Shown in pieces: positions 36,396 through 47,100 of a stretch of 64,000 bases of DNA. The notes under the pieces are model-generated. The model saw only the letters and a list, made by a program, of their open reading frames with translations. It was not told the origin of the DNA and searched no databases. Both the position numbers and the translations under genes were made by a program. Numbering within the stretch: the stretch's first letter is position 1; each line of letters opens with the position of its first letter. The DNA comes from Eukaryota sp. GEM-RC1. Lineage: Eukaryota. The DNA lies in contig JAUFOQ010000001.1 of assembly GCA_040285855.1 (NCBI GenBank), positions 1,674,001 through 1,738,000 of the forward strand, in the 5' to 3' direction.

Positions 36396-36950
36396 CATGA
36401 TGTCAAAGGGGCCTTCGTCGGGGTGGATGGGGTCAATACAAGGGCTGTAGTATCCAGCGTTGTCGTGGACACCTACATGGTCAAAGTTCGGCGGAGCTAG
36501 GGGAATGTCGGTTCTAGGCTTAATGTTGATATTAATTGGAGGGTTCCAGGGGCCAGGTAGTTCATTGCCCAGGTTGTCAAAGAGCCGTGTATCCTTGGGC
36601 GATTCTCCGAGAAATTGCTCGTACAGGTCATCTTAGTCTTCTGAAGAGATTGAAATTATGGCAGAGGTTGAAGCGGAGTTCGTGATTTTGAGGAATTCGG
36701 CGGTGTCACGGATCAAATGTGGAAAAAGGCGGTAGCTAGCTCCAATCGCTTCGATTGAGGGAAGGTCTTCAAGCATTGGGGAATGCTCATCATCTACGAT
36801 GACGATGTGTGACTCATCAGAGCTACTGAGATCTATATGATCTGGTACATCAGTCATGTAAATACGAAATTCATCATCTGAGTCGGTAGAGGACACTTGA
36901 CACATGTGACCGTCCTCGTCAATGAAGAGTCCATTTCCTCTTAGGTGATC
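36396..36950 (-). pseudogene. Diverged relic of the acidic Pol insertion of the array element (matches ~46753-47307)
   Basis: DHLRGNGLFIDEDGHMCQ...EFRIYMTD...YRLFPHLIRDT...GPWNPP...EGPFDIM; one in-frame TAA at 36633-36635. Confidence 0.92.
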
Positions 36951-39190
36951 TGTCGAAGGTAAAAGAGACACTGCAACAAAAGTATGTTGAAACAGTGGCT
37001 TTAAATTAGAATTTTTGGAAGAATTAATTGAAATGTTCAAGTCATTCAAATAATTAGAAAAGTTTTGTCTAGGAACATAGCAGGAGTCGAACTCACATTA
37101 TCATCATCAAGAGATAATAAAGTAGGGATCCATGATTGGATCTAACTACCCAAAGATACGTTTTGACTTATCAGTATGCAAAATGGTGTTTAGTGGTCGA
37201 GTACTGTTCTTTGTCATCAACTCTTCGTAATTAGACAGGTCAGAATGCTCTGCAGAAATATGGCCCAAAGATTGCCAATTCCGTTGCACTGTCGTTGACT
37301 TCTAACGGTGGAGCAGTAACACTGGTAAAGATCAGAGTTCACTTCTATATTACGGATAAATTATCGGTCGTCTGAACCAGGACGTTTGGTGAAATAGGCC
37401 TCAGAAACTAGACGACGAGCAGTAACAAGGTCAAGACTCGGTAATTTAGCCTTTCTTAGAGGGTAATTACATAGTTTGTTAAGAAAATTATATGACAACA
37501 ATAATACAACTATTTTTACTCAACAGAGTAACAGTAATTGAACAGTTTTTGTCAAGGATTATATGTAATAAATTTTACCGATCACAGAACCCTAAACTTA
37601 CAGAGGTGTTGTTATGCTTGTGAAAACACATCTAGGAAGCACATAATGTACCAGTTCTTTTAATGAAGTACTGGTACATTGGAATGGTATTTAAAACAAT
37701 GTACTACTACTAGTACTATGAATTCCTGCCACTATAACAACAACCGCAACTTTCTCCTTATTGAGTTGATTAACAAGGAAACGGAAACATACTTAAAAAA
37801 GACAAGTAATACAGTGGTCCTTTTCATTCTAATTATGTCAATTGAAAAACAGAAACAAGCAACAAAAACAATATAAAGTAACACAACTAGAACCTGCAAA
37901 TTTTTTTATTTAGGACTTGAATAAGTCAGTATCGACCCATGTGATTATTCTCAAAATTAGGCACCAGTTTCAATTCTGTGTATCCATAATGGTGAGCTGT
38001 CTTGTGTTCTTTCATGGTTCGTAAAAGAGTAACATAGTGGAAATTCATCATCCATCGGTCAACTGTTTTAAAATATTACACAAAAATCTGATTAACCTAA
38101 TGACGTACTTGTGGAGTGAAAAACGATGGGAGTGAAAAACGCGTGCAACAGAAATATATTGAATTGAACACAACGAAGTAAAACTTCTGTCAATTAGTTG
38201 ATATGCTGATAGTGAAATGTCTAGCTGGGGAGTAGATTGAGTTACCAGCAAGATAAATCTGAGTTAGAGTTGAATTGATTTTTAATGTGTCTGTCAATAT
38301 AATGACACGTGGCAGTGTCAATAGGGGGACTGCAAAATATTCATCAACCTAGGCCCTAACTACTGGAAATCAGTCCTAGCAGATCTTATTTTTTCATGTG
38401 GTGATTGGTGATTGGAAATCTCTAATGACGTAAACAAAATTTACAATACTATTCCATGACATGGTCTTGAACCCCAAAGAGTTTCTTCAAAATTCCGTCG
38501 AAATACTGAAGTATTGAACGAAATATAGAAAAAACGAGACAATCCCTCCAAAAACTAATGCTGAACTTCTTGACTTTATTTAAAGAATTTTTATTGCTCG
38601 GCAAGTTGTTTGGGGTTCCTCAAACTTCTACTACTTATTGTTTAGACTAAAATTTAAACACGACTCAGAATCTTTGACAAGGATTTGCATCACTAATTGA
38701 TACTCTCATGTGGGCTGTTTTCTGGTGTGATCTTCGTACTTCACACCAACCATCAAACAATACTTGTTGTGTTTCAGCTTATTTGAGGATTTTTGCAATT
38801 ATCACCAAAGTTCAGTCGTTCTCAAACAAAAATGTCGACTGATTAGCACATCTTCCTAATGGTCGGTCGTAGTGTGTGGACCCATACTTTTATCAACTCA
38901 TTGGCTAAAACATCGTCAGTGACGAGTAGAAAGCTTAGTGGCATATATCTTGCTTAAGGCAACATATGTTTTCTGTTTCTGTCAAGAACTGCACTCGACA
39001 CAATTGCTTGTAACACTGCAATACTGGTCTTGATAGAGCATCATGGGATTAGTTCAGACACCGGACTTACTCTTGAAAGTAGTTGTAGGACAGGATTGAT
39101 CAATATTGAATGATAGGTACTAAAATAAGCACCAATGATTACACCACAGAAAAAACACTACTGAAACTTATCTGAAATGCTTTTATATAG

Positions 39191-39913
39191 TTGTACGACA
39201 GTTTCACAGATGTAAAGAAGCAATCAACAATTATCAAACTGGCTTTCGTTGATACAAAAGAAGGAATGAAGCAGTTTCTTTTCTTCATGTCTCCTGATAC
39301 TACACGTGAGCATTTCTTTTATCCGAAAAGAAGTACTCGTACAAGTCTGAATGCACTCACATATCATGATGGAAGCATTCAAGACTACAAGTATGTTTTA
39401 CGGACTCCTCACAAGAACATGAGGACCTTTATGGAGCATGCATCGAGGTATGTTTCAGAGAACTTTGTTTCGTTCTCAATAACGGCGGTTCTCCCTGGCG
39501 GCAAGGACATCCATCGCTGTGTAATGATCCCACCGGTAACAGCGTTTTCCGATCCCAATGCTGTGGTCCAACATGGATCAACCCAACTAAGCTTTTCATG
39601 TCCTGCTGAAACGCGAGCTTTTCTAGCAGCTAACGCGACTTACGGCTTCAGCAATGAGACCTCTAGTCAGATCCGACATCAGTCCTTCGGTGGTGTTACG
39701 CCACAGTCAGATATAGAGGCTTTGAAGTCTGTTAATGGCATGTTCGACAAGCAGTATGCTGTTCATAGGGACAAGGGAAAGGGAATGCGAGATAAGGCCA
39801 GAAGGGCTACTCTAGCTGAACCTGCAATTAAGTCTTCCCGTCTTGCTCCTGATGTTTCGGTTCTTGTTAATTCTGAATCAGAATCAGAATTTGAATTTGA
39901 TTTGTCAAAATAA
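39191..39913 (+). CDS. Hypothetical protein fragment sharing a conserved domain with 5880-6095
   Basis: 240-aa open frame containing RAFLAANATYGFSNETSSQIRH...HRDKGKGMRDKARRA. Confidence 0.5.
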   Translation: MYDSFTDVKKQSTIIKLAFVDTKEGMKQFLFFMSPDTTREHFFYPKRSTRTSLNALTYHDGSIQDYKYVLRTPHKNMRTFMEHASRYVSENFVSFSITAVLPGGKDIHRCVMIPPVTAFSDPNAVVQHGSTQLSFSCPAETRAFLAANATYGFSNETSSQIRHQSFGGVTPQSDIEALKSVNGMFDKQYAVHRDKGKGMRDKARRATLAEPAIKSSRLAPDVSVLVNSESESEFEFDLSK

Positions 39914-40837
39914 ATCAGATACTTTTGTCGTAGATTATGAGAGCTACAACATTAACGCACCTTACCCATGACCGTTGGCCGTTAGCATAAAAACTTCATT
40001 GAGTTATGGCGTTGTCTAGGAAACTCATTGCTTTGTCTATTTCTCCAGCGAATGCACGAAAATTGAGTCAATCTTAAATTAAAATTGTTGCACCATAAAC
40101 ACCATAACTTCCGTTCAACTGTGTAGTCCATGCGGCCAGAAACCCATAAAATACTGTGTTTTCTTCTTTACTAGTATTGTTTATCAAATACTGTTGCCCT
40201 TGCTGGTGTAGTGGTATGTTTTTGTTTATGTTTAGTCGGTCTATGTTTATAAAGAAGGTTTTTCTTTTCAATAGTACTACTTCTTCAATTCACAAAGAGT
40301 ACGGTACTAGCTAAACAACTATTTAAATTAAAAATAAATCATCAATTTCGTACAGTGTTGTCATAGAATAATTCATGATGATGACATTTAATAATTTAAA
40401 GTATCAGGAGAGACTGTAGTGTTTAGGCAAGCTCTTCACAAGGTATAACAACAATAAGAAATGCAGTAAATTGCTTTTTACTCCATCTAGATAACAGCAC
40501 GTTACTGAAACCCACAAATCACGTCTAAAAAAATTCTAAAATAGCAAGAGATGCACATCACTCCCATTACAACTCATAATGGTATTTGTAATGGTATTTG
40601 TTTGAATTGTAGAACGCGAATGTGAACTTCCGAAGTCCCGCCAGCTAGCACCAGTCTTGATTTCCTTGAATCGCCTCAGTTGATGTCATCGCAGAAATCA
40701 TTTCTGCCTCCATAAATTGAATTTGTTAGACATAACCATACATAGCGATACTTAACACATGATACGGCCATTGGAGATTGTTTTGATGAGTTGTCCTGTT
40801 TCAGAGTCAAAAGAGTTTTCTCCTAAACTAATCTTTG

Positions 40838-41584
40838 TCATGGATGAACTTCATCACCAATGGACATATTATCGAGAAAAACCGCAGTAATTGAAGAATT
40901 CATTTTCAAAGCCCCAGATAATGATTTGAAAATAGGGGTTTCACCTAATAAAGAGAGTCCACGAATATTTGGGAAATAGAAGTCTGACGACAGGTTGAGA
41001 AATTCTAGGTCTTCAAGCTTCTGAATTTTCACATGTAATCCTGTTATGATTCGAGAATATTTCATAAATTCTTCCACTTCAAAATCTCCAATTACGATCA
41101 AACAAATAGATTGAACCTTTGCATTAAAACCAGCAGCGATTGAAAACAGTGTAGGGAGTTCTTCTGGGAGTAAAATAAGAGTTTTTGTTTCAATCAAAAT
41201 CTTTGCTGCTTGAGAAACGCATTCAATGAAGTGTTGGCTGACATAACCAACTTTTCGAAAGATAATGGAGACACTTTCGATCAAAGGACGAAGAGAACTT
41301 AGACGACGGAAATCATAGTCACCATACATCAATGACTCCGAAAGGGACCGGAAATAGTGAACATTGATCAAAATTATTAGAGACATTTACAAGTAAATGG
41401 GAGGACGTGATTCCTCGGAAGATTCACTGTCGTAGGACGCGGTATGAGGCAAACTGTGGGGTAAAGGTTGCGGAGGTGAGAAGAGAACAACTGAGGAGTC
41501 AACAGCATCTTCACTGACCACCAAGTTCGTTTGATGAGAAGCACGACTCTTCTTTAGTGGAGGTTGTGTCCCAGTTTGCGACAT
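40838..41584 (-). pseudogene. Leucine-rich repeat (RI/NLRC3-like) gene, one in-frame stop and 3'-truncated
   Basis: ORFs 41387-41584 and 40838-41386 are contiguous in frame across one TAA; ends in SLSGALKMNSSITAVFLDNMSIGDE, an RI-type LRR. Confidence 0.6.
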
Positions 41585-43052
41585 AATGAAGGTACTGTAG
41601 TGAATTGCCGGCTACAGAATCCCTTTACAGTGAGCATTCCCTTTTATTAATCAAAATTGATGCTTCAGATTTCCAACACCATCTATTCTCTGAGAATATT
41701 ATTGTGCTCAGATATCTGGGTAAACAAACACGGGTAATTGAGATTGGTCTCGCGGTGACTAATTCTGACAAAAAGGGTTCAGTCTGCAAACGTATTTTAT
41801 TATTTTTCTAAGTTCAAACGATTTCAGTGATCCTTGATTCATAAGCTAAGAATGAGCTATTGCACACCGTTGTTTCTCCAAAAGAGTCCTTCGTTTTCTC
41901 TTCGTCGTAGTTTTAGTTTGAAGTCGGGACTTCATACTTTCTCTAACAAAGTTATGGCTTAACCAATTCAAGAACGAATTATGATATTACAAATGAAAAG
42001 AACAAGGTAAGATGAGATCTGTAGCATAAAATTTGTTTAAGAAAAATATCTGCGAACCCAACCGGACATTAAGGAGAACCAAACTTTCTAAGTTTCACCA
42101 ATGTCCACTGGAAAACATGAACTCAAGGGAGACCAAATCAAAGAAGTAAAACAAGTAAAAGGTGATAAAGTGTTGATCGTAGCAGAAAAACAGAGTATAA
42201 ACCATCAGCGTGAAGGAAAAGAATACACAGAGAAGAAGGAATATACAGCTGAAAGGAAGGAAGAGAAGGAAGACAAAGTTGAAGATTGTTGTGTAATTGA
42301 ATAGGATCGTGACGAAGCATTGTCTATCAACAAAATGACTAGAAAACAGTTAATTCATGATGTATACCCTCTTCTAAATTGCTCCGAAAAGCAAAACTGG
42401 TCATTTTTTTTCAATTAAAACTATTAACTTTGAGGACTAGGATGGCTGTCACAACACATATAAACATTACACTTGTCAAAAGGAAGCATCATATGTCTTT
42501 CAGGAGACACCACATTACAAATATACAGGTTGTTTAAAAAAATGTGAGGAGGGTGATAATGTCTTCGTACGGAATGTTGTTAGGAACTCTCCTAAGTACA
42601 TCAGAAGTAAGCATTGCTAAATTGAAATAGCCAAAAAGTTCAAACTGATGTGATATATAGGACATTTTGTGACCAATGGAGGTCAAGTCACTGAGCTGAT
42701 TTACTGAGGAATATACTTATCATTACTTTCATTTACTCATAATGATCAAGACCAACATAATCGACCAAATTCATGGTATTGTGCATAACAATTTCTTAGG
42801 TGATTCACTGGTTTTAGACGTACTGTAATATTCTGATAAAGAAGTGATATGCAGTCATTAAAAAAACGGATTTATGTGCGGAGAAAAACACATAATAAGA
42901 TAAGTACAAATAAATAAACACTATTAAAACAAATTATCAAACGAACTACCTAATTCCGAAAAGTAGTTGCCTCCAAACAACTTGGACAAAAAGGAATCAA
43001 CATATCTATACATATACCTAAAAATCGAAAAAGCAAATTTACTCTTCCAAAG

Positions 43053-43183
43053 TGTTGTAGTTGTAGATTTGTGTAATTTCATATTAGGTTTTTTATCTTC
43101 CCCCTTACATCTATAGAGGTTCTTCTCCTTATAAAGGTTCTCCTCTACATAGTATGTCCATTTATAGTGCACAAAGACCAACA
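43053..43183 (+). repeat. LTR copy 1 (inferred 131 bp, TGTTG...CAACA)
   Basis: 5' end fixed by loss of identity with the other junctions and by the PPT there; 3' end inferred from the terminal inverted repeat and the related LTR at 15571-15679. Confidence 0.7.
43130..43135 (+). promoter_or_regulatory. Candidate TATA box in the LTR
   Basis: TATAAA ending 19 nt before the gag ATG; motif match only. Confidence 0.3.
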
Positions 43184-44149
43184 GTAATTACTGTGGGCAA
43201 CCTCCAACAAGCCAGCTCATTTTCAGCTCCTCTCCTAAACGGAACATCCCGTCTGGAGTCATGTAAGTTCTTGGAGGACCTCCAAGCTTACGCCGCTGCT
43301 CTCCAGGCTTCCGAAGCATTGTCCCGCCCTGCTGCCGCCGAAGCCGAAGAAGATTTCGAGTCCGCCACCGAATCCGAAGGCGACAACAATGAAGTTGTAC
43401 CCGCCGGACGTCCCGCTCCTCCCTCCAGAATTGTTCGCTCTCCTATGCTACAGTTCTGTCCAGACCCATCCGAAGTCTCTGTCCCGCCAGAGATGAACTC
43501 TCTTATCCCTGTTATCCGACGCTTTATTAGCCCACGCCTTTTATCCGCTATTCCTCTCCTCTGTCCCGAAGCTGAGGAAGACAACGAACAGCTTCTCGCG
43601 TGGATCTACTCCAACTCGCTCATTCATGATGAAGCTCTCGCCGACCGTCTACTTTTGAAGATCAGCATGAACCCCTCTATAAAAGAGTCCTCCATGCGCT
43701 TAGCAGACTACGTCCTAAGGTTTCAAGACCTTAAGAAACAAATCTCCCACCTGATTTTCAAAGAAGATCACTTCCTTTCCTCCTTTATCAAAGGCATCAC
43801 TCCTTCCTCCGTCTCTTCTCGTGTCTTCTCTTCATTCAAAAACGGGAGAGTTACTTCTCTCGACGAAATCTTATCTCTCACCCGTCAACTCTTTGCAGCA
43901 ATGCAACTCTCCTATTCTCTTGAAGAACCCCGTTCCCAACCACCAGCTCCCAGTCGAACAACTAACCGACAACCCAGAACTCAACCTCGCTCTTCTAGAC
44001 CCTCTCATTCCTCTTCTCACCTCACTTGCGCTTATTGCAAGGAGCCGGGACATGTCAACCGACTGTCCAGATCCCAGCTGCCGAGCAAGTCGATTTCACC
44101 GTCCCCTATCCACTCCTCAATACCCTGCCCAACAAAATCGAAGCCCTAG
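43154..44149 (+). CDS. gag: Gag (copy 1)
   Basis: 331-aa ORF, identical in 4 copies; partial knuckle CAYCKEPGH; lies upstream of the protease. Confidence 0.85.
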   Translation: MSIYSAQRPTVITVGNLQQASSFSAPLLNGTSRLESCKFLEDLQAYAAALQASEALSRPAAAEAEEDFESATESEGDNNEVVPAGRPAPPSRIVRSPMLQFCPDPSEVSVPPEMNSLIPVIRRFISPRLLSAIPLLCPEAEEDNEQLLAWIYSNSLIHDEALADRLLLKISMNPSIKESSMRLADYVLRFQDLKKQISHLIFKEDHFLSSFIKGITPSSVSSRVFSSFKNGRVTSLDEILSLTRQLFAAMQLSYSLEEPRSQPPAPSRTTNRQPRTQPRSSRPSHSSSHLTCAYCKEPGHVNRLSRSQLPSKSISPSPIHSSIPCPTKSKP

Positions 44150-47100
44150 ACCCCCTGCTCGAGGAAATCCCCCACGAAGCGTTCCAAGAGACCAGCCACG
44201 AAGCCAGCCTGTCCATCGCAGAAATCAAAGAGAACCCACCATTAACCGCCGACCTAATACCCGTTCTTCTAACCAACGCCAGGTCAACGCCGTGGACACC
44301 ACCTTACCTGCTCCAGAATTTGTGGATCACATCCCCCTTTGTCTACCTGTAGACCTTGGGATTGATGATTCACAGAGCAATTCTGTCAATGCTATTTCAA
44401 CTCACTTAACTTCAGACCCTTGTAAACTTTCCCACAAGAATGACTTTTTAAAAATTAATCTTACAATCAATGGAGTACCTACTATGGGTACCATTGATAC
44501 TGCTGCTAAGACTTCCTGCATTACCCAGGATATTGCCTCCAATGCCAACATGGAAATTTCTGAGAAACAAATTCCAATCTTCCTAGCCAATCAATCTAGA
44601 ATTTACTCCCCCGGCCTTGCTTGTGGCTACCTTACCTTTCTCTTCGAAGGCCCAGCCAAGAAAGTTCACTTGAAGTCCACCCTGCCGATCTTACCCGGCA
44701 AAGACCAATTACTTATCGGGTGTGACATCCTGACCAAACTAGGTCTTATGGATGCCAACGGTGTCTACATTAAACTTGACGAAGAACATCGAAGATTTAT
44801 CTCCGCTGAATCTGCCTTTGACCAATTTATGACTGCTCCCCCCTGAAGTGTTTGCTACTAACCCTAGTTCTCCTATTAACTCATTTAAGCAACATCTTGA
44901 ACAGAAGAAAACCAGAATAGAACTTCCTCCCGTCGAGAAAGAAGCTTTAATTGACCTCCTTGCTGAATTCAGTGATGTGTTCAGTGATTTGCCTCATCCA
45001 GATGGCATCGACTGTGAACCGATGAGAATCCCTTTTGCAGACGAATCAAAAATTGTAAGCCCCCCCCAGGAACCTTAGCCCCGAAAAATTAGAAATTGCG
45101 AACAAAGAATTCGACGACCTTCTCAAAAAGAATTTTGCTGTACCTAACGAGACCAAATGGTCCTCACCCATCTGTTTAGTGACCTACGCTGACAAAGCTC
45201 CTAGATTAACCGGTGATTTTAGTGGCAAGAATGGGATCAACGACCTCTCACTTACTCTGGAAGCCGATTTGCCTAAAATCGCTGACATCCTGCCCGTCCT
45301 GTCTAAGGCAAAATATATTGCTACTCTCGACTTACCTAAAGCCTTCTGGCAAGTCAAACTTCACCCAGATGACGTGAAAAAGCTTCACTTTCCATACCTG
45401 GACGTTCAATTTCTTTTACTCGAGCTGCTTTTGGACTGAAAAATGTCCCAGCTTTCTTTCAAAATTTAATGGTCTCATTTTTCGCCGATGAAGACATTTT
45501 TATTTACATCGATGACATAATCGTATGTTCGGAAGACTTTTCAGATCTACTCGCTAAACTCAGGAAAATTCTATCGAAAGCTCGTGACAAACGAGTTAGA
45601 TTTGGCCTTCGCAAATGCGATTTTATTACTTTCAAGAGTAAAATCGAGATCTTAGGATGCATCTTCCAAAATTTTCAACGCTCGATCAGTCCAGATCGAA
45701 TTAAAGCTATCTGTTCACTCCTGCGACCAAAGACTTTATCAGAGGTTCGAAGTTTCGTTGGATCGATTAACTTCATTAGAGACTGGATCCCCAACCTGGC
45801 CTCTGTACTAGAACCAATTTCAAATCTGCTAAGGAAAACAAACAAGATCATCTGGACCGCTGAAACCGAAACGTGTTTCAAAGAAATTTTAAAACTAATT
45901 TCCAGTAACATACCCTTGAACCTGCCTGACGCCAAAGCTACTATTTTGATTTCCACTGACGCCTCCGAAGTAGGCCTTTCCGGGATTATTTGGGAACAAA
46001 TCGAAGACTGTGCTGATGGAACCCCTCTTATTGAAAGGAAAACCAGACCTCTCTGTTTTTACAGCAAGAAGTTTACGGACAGCCAGAAGAACTGGCCCAC
46101 CATCCAGAAAGAATTATACGCCATCCTGGCCACCCTAACTCTGTCCCCATTATCTTCCTTCCTCTTAACCAAAAGATTTACGTTATTTTGTGACCACAAA
46201 AACTTATCTTATTTAATTTCAGCTCCCGAAAAGAACAGGATCGTCACCCGATGGATCCCCATCCTTGCTAACTTTGAATTCGAACTTGTCCATACCGCTG
46301 GTGAAGACAACCACTTCGCTGACTTGCTTTCCCGATGCTTCCCCGAACCTTCTTCTGTTAACCCTAGCATTCTGATGTGCTCGTCTACGGTGCCGGATGC
46401 AGTCGAGGGGAGACACTTGATGGCAGAGGATAGTAGGTTATCCTCTCCACAGACTTCTCATCAACCCTCGGGACCTGTTTCAAACAGGGCTTCTGGAGCA
46501 ACGTTTCAAACGTCGACGCAGATGATGCGACAATTTGACAAAGATTGTGAAGGACTCAGCCGAGAGGAACAAGTTCAGCTTTTCTGGGATAGAAAAGACG
46601 CCTTTATGGAAGCTCACGAACAAGAACAGGAGTACATAAACGCCCTAGAAGCCGAAATCAAAGAATCCACCGACGAACAACTCCGCTTGCAACTGGAAAG
46701 AGATGCCGCTGTTGCTCTAATTGAAGACGATATAGAAGACCAGGAATTCCATGATCATCTGAGAGGAAATGGCCTCTTCATTGACGAGGATGGACACATG
46801 TGTCAATTGCCATCCATTGACTCAGATGATGAATTCCGCATCTATATGACCGATATACCGGATCATATAGATCTCAGCAGCTCTGATGAGTCTCCCATTC
46901 TAATCGTAGATGATGAGCATTCCCCAATGCTCGAAGACCTGCCATCGATCGAAGCGATCGGTGCTAGCTATCGCCTCTTTCCCCACCTGATCAGAGACAC
47001 CTCTGAATTCCTTAGGATCTCGAATTCCGCCGCAACCTCGGCCGTGATCTCAGTCTCGTCGGAAGACGAAGACGACCTATACGAACAGTTCCTTGGCGAA

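Noticed and set aside
41384..41392. In-frame TAA in the LRR gene (and at 36633) as evidence for a TAR=Gln code
   Set aside because: The 656-aa and 1196-aa ORFs are free of internal TAA/TAG and end at TAG; point mutations in decayed copies explain these stops.
42101..42304. Small charged ORF ending CCVIE, possibly a lipidated protein
   Set aside because: It is too short and low-complexity, and CVIE is a poor CaaX; it cannot be supported from sequence alone.
43145..43160. LTR ending at CTACA (43149) with TAGTATGTCC as a tRNA-Met-like PBS
   Set aside because: It lacks the TGG complementary to tRNA CCA and gives a weaker terminal inverted repeat than CAACA; the related LTR ends TCAACA. Disfavoured but not fully excluded.
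42924..43181. Minus-strand ORF crossing the array's left junction
   Set aside because: It is a chance fusion of antisense LTR and flanking DNA with no recognisable product.
44054..44077. Tiny GT-AG intron to reconcile the gag and pol frames
   Set aside because: The nearest GT...AG options (17 and 24 nt) give the wrong frame and would delete the final knuckle Cys.
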